A stretch of 64,000 bases of DNA from Auanema rhodensis (Eukaryota > Animalia > Nematoda). Location: assembly GCA_964057225.1 (NCBI GenBank), contig OZ059900.1:22816001-22880000 (forward strand), written 5' to 3'. The position numbers were made by a program, and so were the translations under genes. The number at the start of each line of letters is the position of its first letter. The stretch's first letter is position 1. The notes under the pieces were generated by a model. That model did not search any database and was not told the origin of the DNA. It was given only the letters and a program-made list of their open reading frames with translations. This document shows positions 36,815 through 51,800 of this stretch, one piece after another.

Positions 36815-39800
36815 CAACGTCTAGTTCCACTTTCACGACAAAAAAACAGGGGTTAGAAAATTTAGGAAATTAGCATATTCTGAGGGCACGCCCCTTATGG
36901 CTAATATTGATTAAATCGATTTTTGTTCATATGAGTCGTCAAATGCAACGAATTTCAGCGTGTTACATACTAAAATGAAACATTTTACATGCTGAACACA
37001 AGAAAAATACGAAAACACAGTTTTTCCCATGAGAAATATTTTATTATGCTGGAAAACCAGTTTTTGGAAATTTCGCTGTAAACAAGGTTTTGACTTACGA
37101 TTTCATGTGTTCAAACTCATGCAATGTCAATGAAACCTAGCTCAAAATTGTTCCTACAACGTCTAGTTCCACTTTCACGACAAAAAACAGGGGTTAGAAA
37201 ATTAAGGAAATTAGCATATTCTGAGGGCACGCCCCTTATGGCTAATATTGATTAAATCGATTTTTGTTCATATGAGTCGTCAAATGCAACGAATTTCAGC
37301 GTGTTACATACTAAAATGAAGCATTTTACATGCTGAACACTAGAAAAATACGAAAACACAGTTTTTCCCATGAGAAATATTTTATTATGCTGGAAAACCA
37401 GTTTTTGGAAATTTCGCTGTAAACAAGGTTTTGACTTACGATTTCATGTGTTCAAACTCATGCAATGTCAATGAAACCTAGCTCAAAATTGTTTGTAAAA
37501 CGTCTAGTTCCACTTTCACGACAAAAAAACAGGGGTTAGAAAGTTAAGGAAATTAGCATATTCTGAGGGCACGCCCCTTATGGCTAATATTGATTAAATC
37601 GATTTTTGTTCATATGAGTCGTCAAATGCAACGAATTTCAGCGTGTTACATACTAAAATGAAGCATTTTACATGCTGAACACTAGAAAAATACAAAAACA
37701 CAGTATTTCTCATGAGAAATATTTTATTATGCTGGAAAACCAGTTTTTGGAAATTTCGCTGTAAACAAGGTTTTGACTTACGATTTCATGTGTTCAAACT
37801 CATGCAATGTCAATGAAACCTAGCTCAAAATTGTTTGTAAAACGTCTAGTTCCACTTTCACGACAAAAAAACAGGGGTTAGAAAATTTAGGAAATTAGCA
37901 TATTCTGAGGGCACGCCCCTTATGGCTAATATTGATTAAATCGATTTTTGTTCATATGAGTCGTCAAATGCAACCAATTTCAGCGTGTTACATACTAAAA
38001 TGAAGTATTTTACATGCTGAACACTAGAAAAATACAAAAACACAGTATTTCCCATGAGAAATATTTTATTATGCTGGAAAACCAGTTTTTGGAAATTTCG
38101 CTGTAAACAAGGTTTTGACTTACGATTTCATGTGTTCAAACTCATGCAATGTCAATGAAACCTAGCTCAAAATTGTTCCTACAACGTCTAGTTCCACTTT
38201 CACGACAAAAAACAGGGGTTAGAAAATTAAGGAAATTAGCATATTCTGAGGGCACGCCCCTTATGGCTAATATTGATTAAATCGATTTTTGTTCATATGA
38301 GTCGTCAAATGCAACGAATTTCAGCGTGTTACATACTAAAATGAAGCATTTTACATGCTGAACACTAGAAAAATACGAAAACACAGTTTTTCCCATGAGA
38401 AATATTTTATTATGCTGGAAAACCAGTTTTTGGAAATTTCGCTGTAAACAAGGTTTTGACTTACGATTTCATGTGTTCAAACTCATGCAATGTCAATGAA
38501 ACCTAGCTCAAAATTGTTTGTAAAACGTCTAGTTCCACTTTCACGACAAAAAACAGGGGTTAGAAAATTAAGGAAATTAGCATATTCTGAGGGCACGCCC
38601 CTTATGGCTAATTTTGATTAAATCGATTTTTGTTCATATGAGTCGTCAAATGCAACGAATTTCAGCGTGTTACATACTAAAATGAAGCATTTTACATGCT
38701 GAACACTAGAAAAATACAAAAACACAGTATTTCCCATGAGAAATATTTTATTATGCTGGAAAACCAGTTTTTGGAAATTTCGCTGTAAACAAGGTTTTGA
38801 CTTACGATTTCATGTGTTCAAACTCATGCAATGTCAATGAAACCTAGCTCAAAATTGTTTGTAAAACGTCTAGTTCCACTTTCACGACAAAAAAACAGGG
38901 GTTAGAAAGTTAAGGAAATTAGCATATTCTGAGGGCACCCCCCTTATGGCTAATATTGATTAAATCGATTTTTGTTCATATGAGTCGTCAAATGCAACGA
39001 ATTTCAGCGTGTTACATACTAAAATGAAGCATTTTACATGCTGAACACTAGAAAAATACAAAAACACAGTATTTCTCATGAGAAATATTTTATTATGCTG
39101 GAAAACCAGTTTTTGGAAATTTCGCTGTAAACAAGGTTTTGACTTACGATTTCATATGTTCAAACTCATGCAATGTCAATGAAACCTAGCTCAAAATTGT
39201 TTGTACAACGTCTAGTTCCACTTTCACGACAAAAAAACAGGGGTTAGAAAATTAAGGAAATTAGCATATTCTGAGGGCACGCCCCTTATGGCTAATATTG
39301 ATTAAATCGATTTTTGTTCATATGAGTCGTCAAATGCAACGAATTTCAGCGTGTTACATACTAAAATGAAGCATTTTACATGCTGAACACTAGAAAAATA
39401 CAAAAACACAGTTTTTCCCATGAGAAATATTTTATTATGCTGGAAAACCAGTTTTTGGAAATTTCGCTGTAAACAAGGTTTTGACTTACGATTTCATGTG
39501 TTCAAACTCTTGCAATGTCAATGAAACCTAGCTCAAAATTGTTCGTACAACGTCTAGTTCCACTTTCACGACAAAAAAACAGGGGTTAGAAAATTTAGGA
39601 AATTAGCATATTCTGAGGGCACGCCCCTTATGGCTAATATTGATTAAATCGATTTTTGTTCATATGAGTCGTCAAATGCAACGAATTTCAGCGTGTTACA
39701 TACTAAAATGAAGTATTTTACATGCTGAACACTAGAAAAATACAAAAACACAGTATTTCTCATGAGAAATATTTTATTATGCTGGAAAACCAGTTTTTGG

Positions 39801-42800
39801 AAATTTCGCTGTAAACAAGGTTTTGACTTACGATTTCATGTGTTCAAACTCATGCAATGTCAATGAAACCTAGCTCAAAATTGTTTGTACAACGTCTAGT
39901 TCCACTTTCACGACAAAAAAACAGGGGTTAGAAAATTAAGGAAATTAGCATATTCTGAGGGCACGCCCCTTATGGCTAATATTGATTAAATCGATTTTTG
40001 TTCATATGAGTCGTCAAATGCAACGAATTTCAGCGTGTTACATACTAAAATGAAGCATTTTACATGCTGAACACTAGAAAAATACAAAAACACAGTATTT
40101 CCCATGAGAAATATTTTATTATGCTGGAAAACCAGTTTTTGGAAATTTCGCTGTAAACAAGGTTTTGACTTACGATTTCATGTGTTCAAACTCATGCAAT
40201 GTCAATGAAACCTAGCTCAAAATTGTTTGTACAACGTCTAGTTCCACTTTCACGACAAAAAAACAGGGGTTAGAAAATTTAGGAAATTAGCATATTCTGA
40301 GGGCACGCCCCTTATGGCTAATATTGATTTAATCGATTTTTGTTCATATGAGTCGTCAAATGCAACGAATTTCAGCGTGTTACATACTAAAATGAAGCAT
40401 TTTACATGCTGAACACAAGAAAAATACAAAAACACAGTATTTCTCATGAGAAATATTTTATTATGCTGGAAAACCAGTTTTTGGAAATTTCGCTGTAAAC
40501 AAGGTTTTGACTTACGATTTCATGTGTTCAAACTCATGCAATGTCAATGAAACCTAGCTCAAAATTGTTTGTACAACGTCTAGTTCCACTTTCACGACAA
40601 AAAAACAGGGGTTAGAAAATTTAGGAAATTAGCATATTCTGAGGGCACGCCCCTTATGGCTAATATTGATTAAATCGATTTTTGTTCATATGAGTCGTCA
40701 AATGCAACGAATTTCAGCGTGTTACATACTTAAATGAAGTATTTTACATGCTGAACACTAGAAAAATACAAAAACACAGTATTTCCCATGAGAAATATTT
40801 TATTATGCTGGAAAACCAGTTTTTGGAAATTTCGCTGTAAACAAGGTTTTGACTTACGATTTCATGTGTTCAAACTCATGCAATGTCAATGAAACCTAGC
40901 TCAAAATTGTTTGTACAACGTCTAGTTCCACTTTCACGACAAAAAAACAGGGGTTAGAAAATTTAGGAAATTAGCATATTCTGAGGGCACGCCCCTTATG
41001 GCTAATATTGATTAAATCGATTTTTGTTCATATGAGTCGTCAAATGCAACGAATTTCAGCGTGTTACATACTTAAATGAAGTATTTTACATGCTGAACAC
41101 TAGAAAAATACAAAAACACAGTATTTCCCATGAGAAATATTTTATTATGCTGGAAAACCAGTTTTTGGAAATTTCGCTGTAAACAAGGTTTTGACTTACG
41201 ATTTCATGTGTTCAAACTCATGCAATGTCAATGAAACCTAGCTCAAAATTGTTCGTACAACGTCTAGTTCCACTTTCACGACAAAAAAACAGGGGTTAGA
41301 AAATTTAGGAAATTAGCATATTCTGAGGGCACGCCCCTTATGGCTAATATTGATTAAATCGATTTTTGTTCATATGAGTCGTCAAATGCAACGAATTTCA
41401 GCGTGTTACATACTTAAATGAAGTATTTTACATGCTGAACACTAGAAAAATACAAAAACACAGTATTTCCCAAGAGAAATATTTTATTATGCTGGAAAAC
41501 CAGTTTTTGGAAATTTCGCTATAAACAAGGTTTTGACTTACGATTTCATGTGTTCAAACTCATGCAATGTCAATGAAACCTAGCTCAAAATTGTTCCTAC
41601 AACGTCTAGTTCCACTTTCACGACAAAAAACAGGGGTTAGAAAATTAAGGAAATTAGCATATTCTGAGGGCACGCCCCTTATGGCTAATATTGATTAAAT
41701 CGATTTTTGTTCATATGAGTCGTCAAATGCAACGAATTTCAGCGTGTTACATACTAAAATGAAGCATTTTACATGCTGAACACTAAAAAAATACAAAAAC
41801 ACAGTATTTCCCATGAGAAATATTTTATTATGCTGGAAAACCAGTTTTTGGAAATTTCGCTGTAAACAAGGTTTTGACTTACGATTTCATGTGTTCAAAC
41901 TCATGCAATGTCAATGAAACCTAGCTCAAAATTGTTCGTACAACGTCTAGTTCCACTTTCACGACAAAAAAACAGGGGTTAGAAAAATTAGGAAATTAGC
42001 ATATTCTGAGGGCACGCCCCTTATGGCTAATATTGATTAAATCGATTTTTGTTCATATGAGTCGTCCAATGCAACGAATTTCAGCGTGTTACATACTAAA
42101 ATGAAGTATTTTACATGCTGAACACTAGAAAAATACAAAAACACAGTATTTCCCATGAGAAATATTTTATTATGCTGGAAAACCAGTTTTTGGAAATTTC
42201 GCTGTAAACAAGGTTTTGACTTACGATTTCATATGTTCAAACTCATGCAATGTCAATGAAACCTAGCTCAAAATTGTTTGTACAACGTCTATTTCCACTT
42301 TCACGACAAAAAAACAAGGGTTAGAAAATTAAGGAAATTAGCATATTCTGAGGGCACGCCCCTTATGGCTAATATTGATTAAATCGATTTTTGTTCATAT
42401 GAGTCGTCAAATGCAACGAATTTCAGCGTGTTACATACTTAAATGAAGTATTTTACATGCTGAACACTAGAAAAATACAAAAACACAGTATTTCCCAAGA
42501 GAAATATTTTATTATGCTGGAAAACCAGTTTTTGGAAATTTCGCTGTAAACAAGGTTTTGACTTACGATTTCATGTGTTCAAACTCATGCAATGTCAATG
42601 AAACCTAGCTCAAAATTGTTCCTACAACGTCTAGTTCCACTTTCACGACAAAAAACAGGGGTTAGAAAATTAAGGAAATTAGCATATTCTGAGGGCACGC
42701 CCCTTATGGCTAATATTGATTAAATCGATTTTTGTTCATATGAGTCGTCAAATGCAACGAATTTCAGCGTGTTACATACTAAAATGAAGCATTTTACATG

Positions 42801-45800
42801 CTGAACACTAAAAAAATACAAAAACACAGTATTTCCCATGAGAAATATTTTATTATGCTGGAAAACCAGTTTTTGGAAATTTCGCTGTAAACAAGGTTTT
42901 GACTTACGATTTCATGTGTTCAAACTCATGCAATGTCAATGAAACCTAGCTCAAAATTGTTCGTACAACGTCTAGTTCCACTTTCACGACAAAAAAACAG
43001 GGGTTAGAAAAATTAGGAAATTAGCATATTCTGAGGGCACGCCCCTTATGGCTAATATTGATTAAATCGATTTTTGTTCATATGAGTCGTCCAATGCAAC
43101 GAATTTCAGCGTGTTACATACTAAAATGAAGTATTTTACATGCTGAACACTAGAAAAATACAAAAACACAGTATTTCCCATGAGAAATATTTTATTATGC
43201 TGGAAAACCAGTTTTTGGAAATTTCGCTGTAAACAAGGTTTTGACTTACGATTTCATATGTTCAAACTCATGCAATGTCAATGAAACCTAGCTCAAAATT
43301 GTTTGTACAACGTCTAGTTCCACTTTCACGACAAAAAAACAAGGGTTAGAAAATTAAGGAAATTAGCATATTCTGAGGGCACGCCCCTTATGGCTAATAT
43401 TGATTAAATCGATTTTTGTTCATATGAGTCGTCAAATGCAACGAATTTCAGCGTGTTACATACTTAAATGAAGTATTCTACATGCTGAACACTAGAAAAA
43501 TACAAAAACACAGTATTTCCCATGAGAAATATTTTATTATGCTGGAAAACCAGTTTTTGGAAATTTCGCTGTAAACAAGGTTTTGACTTACGATTTCATG
43601 TGTTCAAACTCATGCAATGTCAATGAAACCTAGCTCAAAATTGTTCCTACAACGTCTAGTTCCACTTTCACGACAAAAAACAGGGGTTAGAAAATTAAGG
43701 AAATTAGCATATTCTGAGGGCACGCCCCTTATGGCTAATATTGATTAAATCGATTTTTGTTCATATGAGTCGTCAAATGCAACGAATTTCAGCGTGTTAC
43801 ATACTAGAATGAAGCATTTTACATGCTGAACACTAGAAAAATACAAAAACACAGTATTTCTCATGAGAAATATTTTATTATGCTGGAAAACCAGTTTTTG
43901 GAAATTTCGCTGTAAACAAGGTTTTGGCTTACGATTTCATGTGTTCAAACTCATGCAATGTCAATGAAACCTAGCTCAAAATTGTTCCTACAACGTCTAG
44001 TTCCACTTTCACGACAAAAAAACAGGGGTTAGAAAATTTAGGAAATTAGCATATTCTGAGGGCACGCCCCTTATGGCTAATATTGATTAAATCGATTTTT
44101 GTTCATATGAGTCGTCAAATGCAACGAATTTCAGCGTGTTACATACTTAAATGAAGTATTTTACATGCTGAACACTAGAAAAATACAAAAACACAGTATT
44201 TCCCATGAGAAATATTTTATTATGCTGGAAAACCAGTTTTTGGAAATTTCGCCGTAAACAAGGTTTTGACTTACGATTTCATGTGTTCAAACTCATGCAA
44301 TGTCAATGAAACCGAGCTCAAAACTGTTCCTACAACGTCTAGTTCCACTTTCACGACAAAAAACAGGGGTTAGAAAATTAAGGAAATTAGCATATTCTGA
44401 GGGCACGCCCCTTATGGCTAATATTGATTAAATCGATTTTTGTTCATATGAGTCGTCAAATGCAACGAATTTCAGCGTGTTACATACTAAAATGAAGCAT
44501 TTTACATGCTGAACACTAGAAAAATACAAAAACACAGTTTTTCCCATGAGAAATATTTTATTATGCTGGAAAACCAGTTTTTGGAAATTTCGCTGTAAAC
44601 AAGGTTTTGACTTACGATTTCATGTGTTCAAACTCATGCAATGTCAATGAAACCTAGCTCAAAATTGTTTGTACAACGTCTAGTTCCACTTTCACGACAA
44701 AAAAACAGGGGTTAGAAAATTAAGGAAATTAGCATATTCTGAGGGCACGCCCCTTATGGCTAATATTGATTAAATCGATTTTTGTTCATATGAGTCGTCA
44801 AATGCAACGAATTTCAGCGTGTTACATACTAAAATGAAGCATTTTACATGCTGAACACTAGAAAAATACAAAAACACAGTATTTCTCATGAGAAATATTT
44901 TATTATGCTGAAAAACCAGTTTTTGGAAATTTCGCTGTAAACAAGGTTTTGACTTACGATTTCATGTGTTCAAACTCATGCAATGTCAATGAAACCTAGC
45001 TCAAAATTGTTTGTACAACGTCTAGTTCCACTTTCACGACAAAAAAACAGGGGTTAGAAAATTAAGGAAATTAGCATATTCTGAGGGCACGCCCCTTATG
45101 GCTAATATTGATTAAATCGATTTTTGTTCATATGAGTCGTCAAATGCAACGAATTTCAGCGTGTTACATACTAAAATGAAGCATTTTACATGCTGAACAC
45201 TAAAAAAATACAAAAACACAGTATTTCCCATGAGAAATATTTTATTATGCTGGAAAACCAGTTTTTGGAAATTTCGCTGTAAACAAGGTTTTGACTTACG
45301 ATTTCATGTGTTCAAACTCATGCAATGTCAATGAAACCTAGCTCAAAATTGTTTGTACAACGTCTAGTTCCACTTTCACGACAAAAAACAGGGGTTAGAA
45401 AATTAAGGAAATTAGCATATTCTGAGGGCACGCCCCTTATGGCTAATATTGATTAAATCGATTTTTGTTCATATGAGTCGTCAAATGCAACGAATTTCAG
45501 CGTGTTACATACTAAAATGAAGCATTTTACATGCTGAACACTAGAAAAATACAAAAACACAGTATTTCTCATGAGAAATATTTTATTATGCTGGAAAACC
45601 AGTTTTTGGAAATTTCGCTGTAAACAAGGTTTTGACTTACGATTTCATATGTTCAAACTCATGCAATGTCAATGAAACCTAGCTCAAAATTGTTTGTACA
45701 ACGTCTAGTTCCACTTTCACGACAAAAAAACAAGGGTTAGAAAATTAAGGAAATTAGCATATTCTGAGGGCACGCCCCTTATGGCTAATATTGATTAAAT

Positions 45801-48800
45801 CGATTTTTGTTCATATGAGTCGTCAAATGCAACAAATTTCAGCGTGTTACATACTAAAATGAAGCATTTTACATGCTGAACACTAAAAAAATACAAAAAC
45901 ACAGTATTTCCCATGAGAAATATTTTATTATGCTGGAAAACCAGTTTTTGGAAATTTCGCTGTAAACAAGGTTTTGACTTACGATTTCATGTGTTCAAAC
46001 TCATGCAATGTCAATGAAACCTAGCTCAAAATTGTTCGTACAACGTCTAGTTCCACTTTCACGACAAAAAAACAGGGGTTAGAAAAATTAGGAAATTAGC
46101 ATATTCTGAGGGCACGCCCCTTATGGCTAATATTGATTAAATCGATTTTTGTTCATATGAGTCGTCCAATGCAACGAATTTCAGCGTGTTACATACTAAA
46201 ATGAAGTATTTTACATGCTGAACACTAGAAAAATACAAAAACACAGTATTTCCCATGAGAAATATTTTATTATGCTGGAAAACCAGTTTTTGGAAATTTC
46301 GCTGTAAACAAGGTTTTGGCTTACGATTTCATGTGTTCAAACTCATGCAATGTCAATGAAACCTAGCTCAAAATTGTTCCTACAACGTCTAGTTCCACTT
46401 TCACGACAAAAAAACAGGGGTTAGAAAATTTAGGAAATTAGCATATTCTGAGGGCACGCCCCTTATGGCTAATATTGATTAAATCGATTTTTGTTCATAT
46501 GAGTCGTCAAATGCAACGAATTTCAGCGTGTTACATACTAAAATGAAACATTTTACATGCTGAACACAAGAAAAATACGAAAACACAGTTTTTCCCATGA
46601 GAAATATTTTATTAGGCTGGAAAACCAGTTTTTGGAAATTTCGCTGTAAACAAGGTTTTGACTTACGATTTCATGTGTTCAAACTCATGCAATGTCAATG
46701 AAACCTAGCTCAAAATTGTTCCTACAACGTCTAGTTCCACTTTCACGACAAAAAACAGGGGTTAGAAAATTAAGGAAATTAGCATATTCTGAGGGCACGC
46801 CCCTTATGGCTAATATTGATTAAATCGATTTTTGTTCATATGAGTCGTCAAATGCAACGAATTTCAGCGTGTTACATACTAAAATGAAGCATTTTACATG
46901 CTGAACACTAGAAAAATACGAAAACACAGTTTTTCCCATGAGAAATATTTTATTATGCTGGAAAACCAGTTTTTGGAAATTTCGCTGTAAACAAGGTTTT
47001 GACTTACGATTTCATGTGTTCAAACTCATGCAATGTCAATGAAACCTAGCTCAAAATTGTTTGTAAAACGTCTAGTTCCACTTTCACGACAAAAAAACAG
47101 GGGTTAGAAAGTTAAGGAAATTAGCATATTCTGAGGGCACGCCCCTTATGGCTAATATTGATTAAATCGATTTTTGTTCATATGAGTCGTCAAATGCAAC
47201 GAATTTCAGCGTGTTACATACTAAAATGAAGCATTTTACATGCTGAACACTAGAAAAATACAAAAACACAGTATTTCTCATGAGAAATATTTTATTATGC
47301 TGGAAAACCAGTTTTTGGAAATTTCGCTGTAAACAAGGTTTTGACTTACGATTTCATGTGTTCAAACTCATGCAATGTCAATGAAACCTAGCTCAAAATT
47401 GTTTGTAAAACGTCTAGTTCCACTTTCACGACAAAAAAACAGGGGTTAGAAAATTTAGGAAATTAGCATATTCTGAGGGCACGCCCCTTATGGCTAATAT
47501 TGATTAAATCGATTTTTGTTCATATGAGTCGTCAAATGCAACCAATTTCAGCGTGTTACATACTAAAATGAAGTATTTTACATGCTGAACACTAGAAAAA
47601 TACAAAAACACAGTATTTCCCATGAGAAATATTTTATTATGCTGGAAAACCAGTTTTTGGAAATTTCGCTGTAAACAAGGTTTTGACTTACGATTTCATG
47701 TGTTCAAACTCATGCAATGTCAATGAAACCTAGCTCAAAATTGTTCCTACAACGTCTAGTTCCACTTTCACGACAAAAAACAGGGGTTAGAAAATTAAGG
47801 AAATTAGCATATTCTGAGGGCACGCCCCTTATGGCTAATATTGATTAAATCGATTTTTGTTCATATGAGTCGTCAAATGCAACGAATTTCAGCGTGTTAC
47901 ATACTAAAATGAAGCATTTTACATGCTGAACACTAGAAAAATACGAAAACACAGTTTTTCCCATGAGAAATATTTTATTATGCTGGAAAACCAGTTTTTG
48001 GAAATTTCGCTGTAAACAAGGTTTTGACTTACGATTTCATGTGTTCAAACTCATGCAATGTCAATGAAACCTAGCTCAAAATTGTTTGTAAAACGTCTAG
48101 TTCCACTTTCACGACAAAAAACAGGGGTTAGAAAATTAAGGAAATTAGCATATTCTGAGGGCACGCCCCTTATGGCTAATTTTGATTAAATCGATTTTTG
48201 TTCATATGAGTCGTCAAATGCAACGAATTTCAGCGTGTTACATACTAAAATGAAGCATTTTACATGCTGAACACTAGAAAAATACAAAAACACAGTATTT
48301 CCCATGAGAAATATTTTATTATGCTGGAAAACCAGTTTTTGGAAATTTCGCTGTAAACAAGGTTTTGACTTACGATTTCATGTGTTCAAACTCATGCAAT
48401 GTCAATGAAACCTAGCTCAAAATTGTTTGTAAAACGTCTAGTTCCACTTTCACGACAAAAAAACAGGGGTTAGAAAGTTAAGGAAATTAGCATATTCTGA
48501 GGGCACGCCCCTTATGGCTAATATTGATTAAATCGATTTTTGTTCATATGAGTCGTCAAATGCAACGAATTTCAGCGTGTTACATACTAAAATGAAGCAT
48601 TTTACATGCTGAACACTAGAAAAATACAAAAACACAGTATTTCTCATGAGAAATATTTTATTATGCTGGAAAACCAGTTTTTGGAAATTTCGCTGTAAAC
48701 AAGGTTTTGACTTACGATTTCATATGTTCAAACTCATGCAATGTCAATGAAACCTAGCTCAAAATTGTTTGTACAACGTCTAGTTCCACTTTCACGACAA

Positions 48801-51800
48801 AAAAACAGGGGTTAGAAAATTAAGGAAATTAGCATATTCTGAGGGCACGCCCCTTATGGCTAATATTGATTAAATCGATTTTTGTTCATATGAGTCGTCA
48901 AATGCAACGAATTTCAGCGTGTTACATACTAAAATGAAGCATTTTACATGCTGAACACTAGAAAAATACAAAAACACAGTTTTTCCCATGAGAAATATTT
49001 TATTATGCTGGAAAACCAGTTTTTGGAAATTTCGCTGTAAACAAGGTTTTGACTTACGATTTCATGTGTTCAAACTCTTGCAATGTCAATGAAACCTAGC
49101 TCAAAATTGTTCGTACAACGTCTAGTTCCACTTTCACGACAAAAAAACAGGGGTTAGAAAATTTAGGAAATTAGCATATTCTGAGGGCACGCCCCTTATG
49201 GCTAATATTGATTAAATCGATTTTTGTTCATATGAGTCGTCAAATGCAACGAATTTCAGCGTGTTACATACTAAAATGAAGTATTTTACATGCTGAACAC
49301 TAGAAAAATACAAAAACACAGTATTTCTCATGAGAAATATTTTATTATGCTGGAAAACCAGTTTTTGGAAATTTCGCTGTAAACAAGGTTTTGACTTACG
49401 ATTTCATGTGTTCAAACTCATGCAATGTCAATGAAACCTAGCTCAAAATTGTTTGTACAACGTCTAGTTCCACTTTCACGACAAAAAAACAGGGGTTAGA
49501 AAATTAAGGAAATTAGCATATTCTGAGGGCACGCCCCTTATGGCTAATATTGATTAAATCGATTTTTGTTCATATGAGTCGTCAAATGCAACGAATTTCA
49601 GCGTGTTACATACTAAAATGAAGCATTTTACATGCTGAACACTAGAAAAATACAAAAACACAGTATTTCCCATGAGAAATATTTTATTATGCTGGAAAAC
49701 CAGTTTTTGGAAATTTCGCTGTAAACAAGGTTTTGACTTACGATTTCATGTGTTCAAACTCATGCAATGTCAATGAAACCTAGCTCAAAATTGTTTGTAC
49801 AACGTCTAGTTCCACTTTCACGACAAAAAAACAGGGGTTAGAAAATTTAGGAAATTAGCATATTCTGAGGGCACGCCCCTTATGGCTAATATTGATTTAA
49901 TCGATTTTTGTTCATATGAGTCGTCAAATGCAACGAATTTCAGCGTGTTACATACTAAAATGAAGCATTTTACATGCTGAACACAAGAAAAATACAAAAA
50001 CACAGTATTTCTCATGAGAAATATTTTATTATGCTGGAAAACCAGTTTTTGGAAATTTCGCTGTAAACAAGGTTTTGACTTACGATTTCATGTGTTCAAA
50101 CTCATGCAATGTCAATGAAACCTAGCTCAAAATTGTTTGTACAACGTCTAGTTCCACTTTCACGACAAAAAAACAGGGGTTAGAAAATTTAGGAAATTAG
50201 CATATTCTGAGGGCACGCCCCTTATGGCTAATATTGATTAAATCGATTTTTGTTCATATGAGTCGTCAAATGCAACGAATTTCAGCGTGTTACATACTTA
50301 AATGAAGTATTTTACATGCTGAACACTAGAAAAATACAAAAACACAGTATTTCCCATGAGAAATATTTTATTATGCTGGAAAACCAGTTTTTGGAAATTT
50401 CGCTGTAAACAAGGTTTTGACTTACGATTTCATGTGTTCAAACTCATGCAATGTCAATGAAACCTAGCTCAAAATTGTTTGTACAACGTCTAGTTCCACT
50501 TTCACGACAAAAAAACAGGGGTTAGAAAATTTAGGAAATTAGCATATTCTGAGGGCACGCCCCTTATGGCTAATATTGATTAAATCGATTTTTGTTCATA
50601 TGAGTCGTCAAATGCAACGAATTTCAGCGTGTTACATACTTAAATGAAGTATTTTACATGCTGAACACTAGAAAAATACAAAAACACAGTATTTCCCATG
50701 AGAAATATTTTATTATGCTGGAAAACCAGTTTTTGGAAATTTCGCTGTAAACAAGGTTTTGACTTACGATTTCATGTGTTCAAACTCATGCAATGTCAAT
50801 GAAACCTAGCTCAAAATTGTTCGTACAACGTCTAGTTCCACTTTCACGACAAAAAAACAGGGGTTAGAAAATTTAGGAAATTAGCATATTCTGAGGGCAC
50901 GCCCCTTATGGCTAATATTGATTAAATCGATTTTTGTTCATATGAGTCGTCAAATGCAACGAATTTCAGCGTGTTACATACTTAAATGAAGTATTTTACA
51001 TGCTGAACACTAGAAAAATACAAAAACACAGTATTTCCCAAGAGAAATATTTTATTATGCTGGAAAACCAGTTTTTGGAAATTTCGCTATAAACAAGGTT
51101 TTGACTTACGATTTCATGTGTTCAAACTCATGCAATGTCAATGAAACCTAGCTCAAAATTGTTTCTACAACGTCTAGTTCCACTTTCACGACAAAAAACA
51201 GGGGTTAGAAAATTAAGGAAATTAGCATATTCTGAGGGCACGCCCCTTATGGCTAATATTGATTAAATCGATTTTTGTTCATATGAGTCGTCAAATGCAA
51301 CGAATTTCAGCGTGTTACATACTAAAATGAAGCATTTTACATGCTGAACACTAAAAAAATACAAAAACACAGTATTTCCCATGAGAAATATTTTATTATG
51401 CTGGAAAACCAGTTTTTGGAAATTTCGCTGTAAACAAGGTTTTGACTTACGATTTCATGTGTTCAAACTCATGCAATGTCAATGAAACCTAGCTCAAAAT
51501 TGTTCGTACAACGTCTAGTTCCACTTTCACGACAAAAAAACAGGGGTTAGAAAAATTAGGAAATTAGCATATTCTGAGGGCACGCCCCTTATGGCTAATA
51601 TTGATTAAATCGATTTTTGTTCATATGAGTCGTCCAATGCAACGAATTTCAGCGTGTTACATACTAAAATGAAGTATTTTACATGCTGAACACTAGAAAA
51701 ATACAAAAACACAGTATTTCCCATGAGAAATATTTTATTATGCTGGAAAACCAGTTTTTGGAAATTTCGCTGTAAACAAGGTTTTGACTTACGATTTCAT

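Noticed and set aside
935-50015. Repeated 61-65 aa minus-strand ORF (MRNTVFLYFSS...) in 18 monomers
   Set aside because: It appears only where a single A-to-T change (gattaaa to gatttaa) removes an in-frame TAA; about 90% of monomers have the stop. It has no recognisable domain and no gene context. It is useful only as a marker of monomer type.
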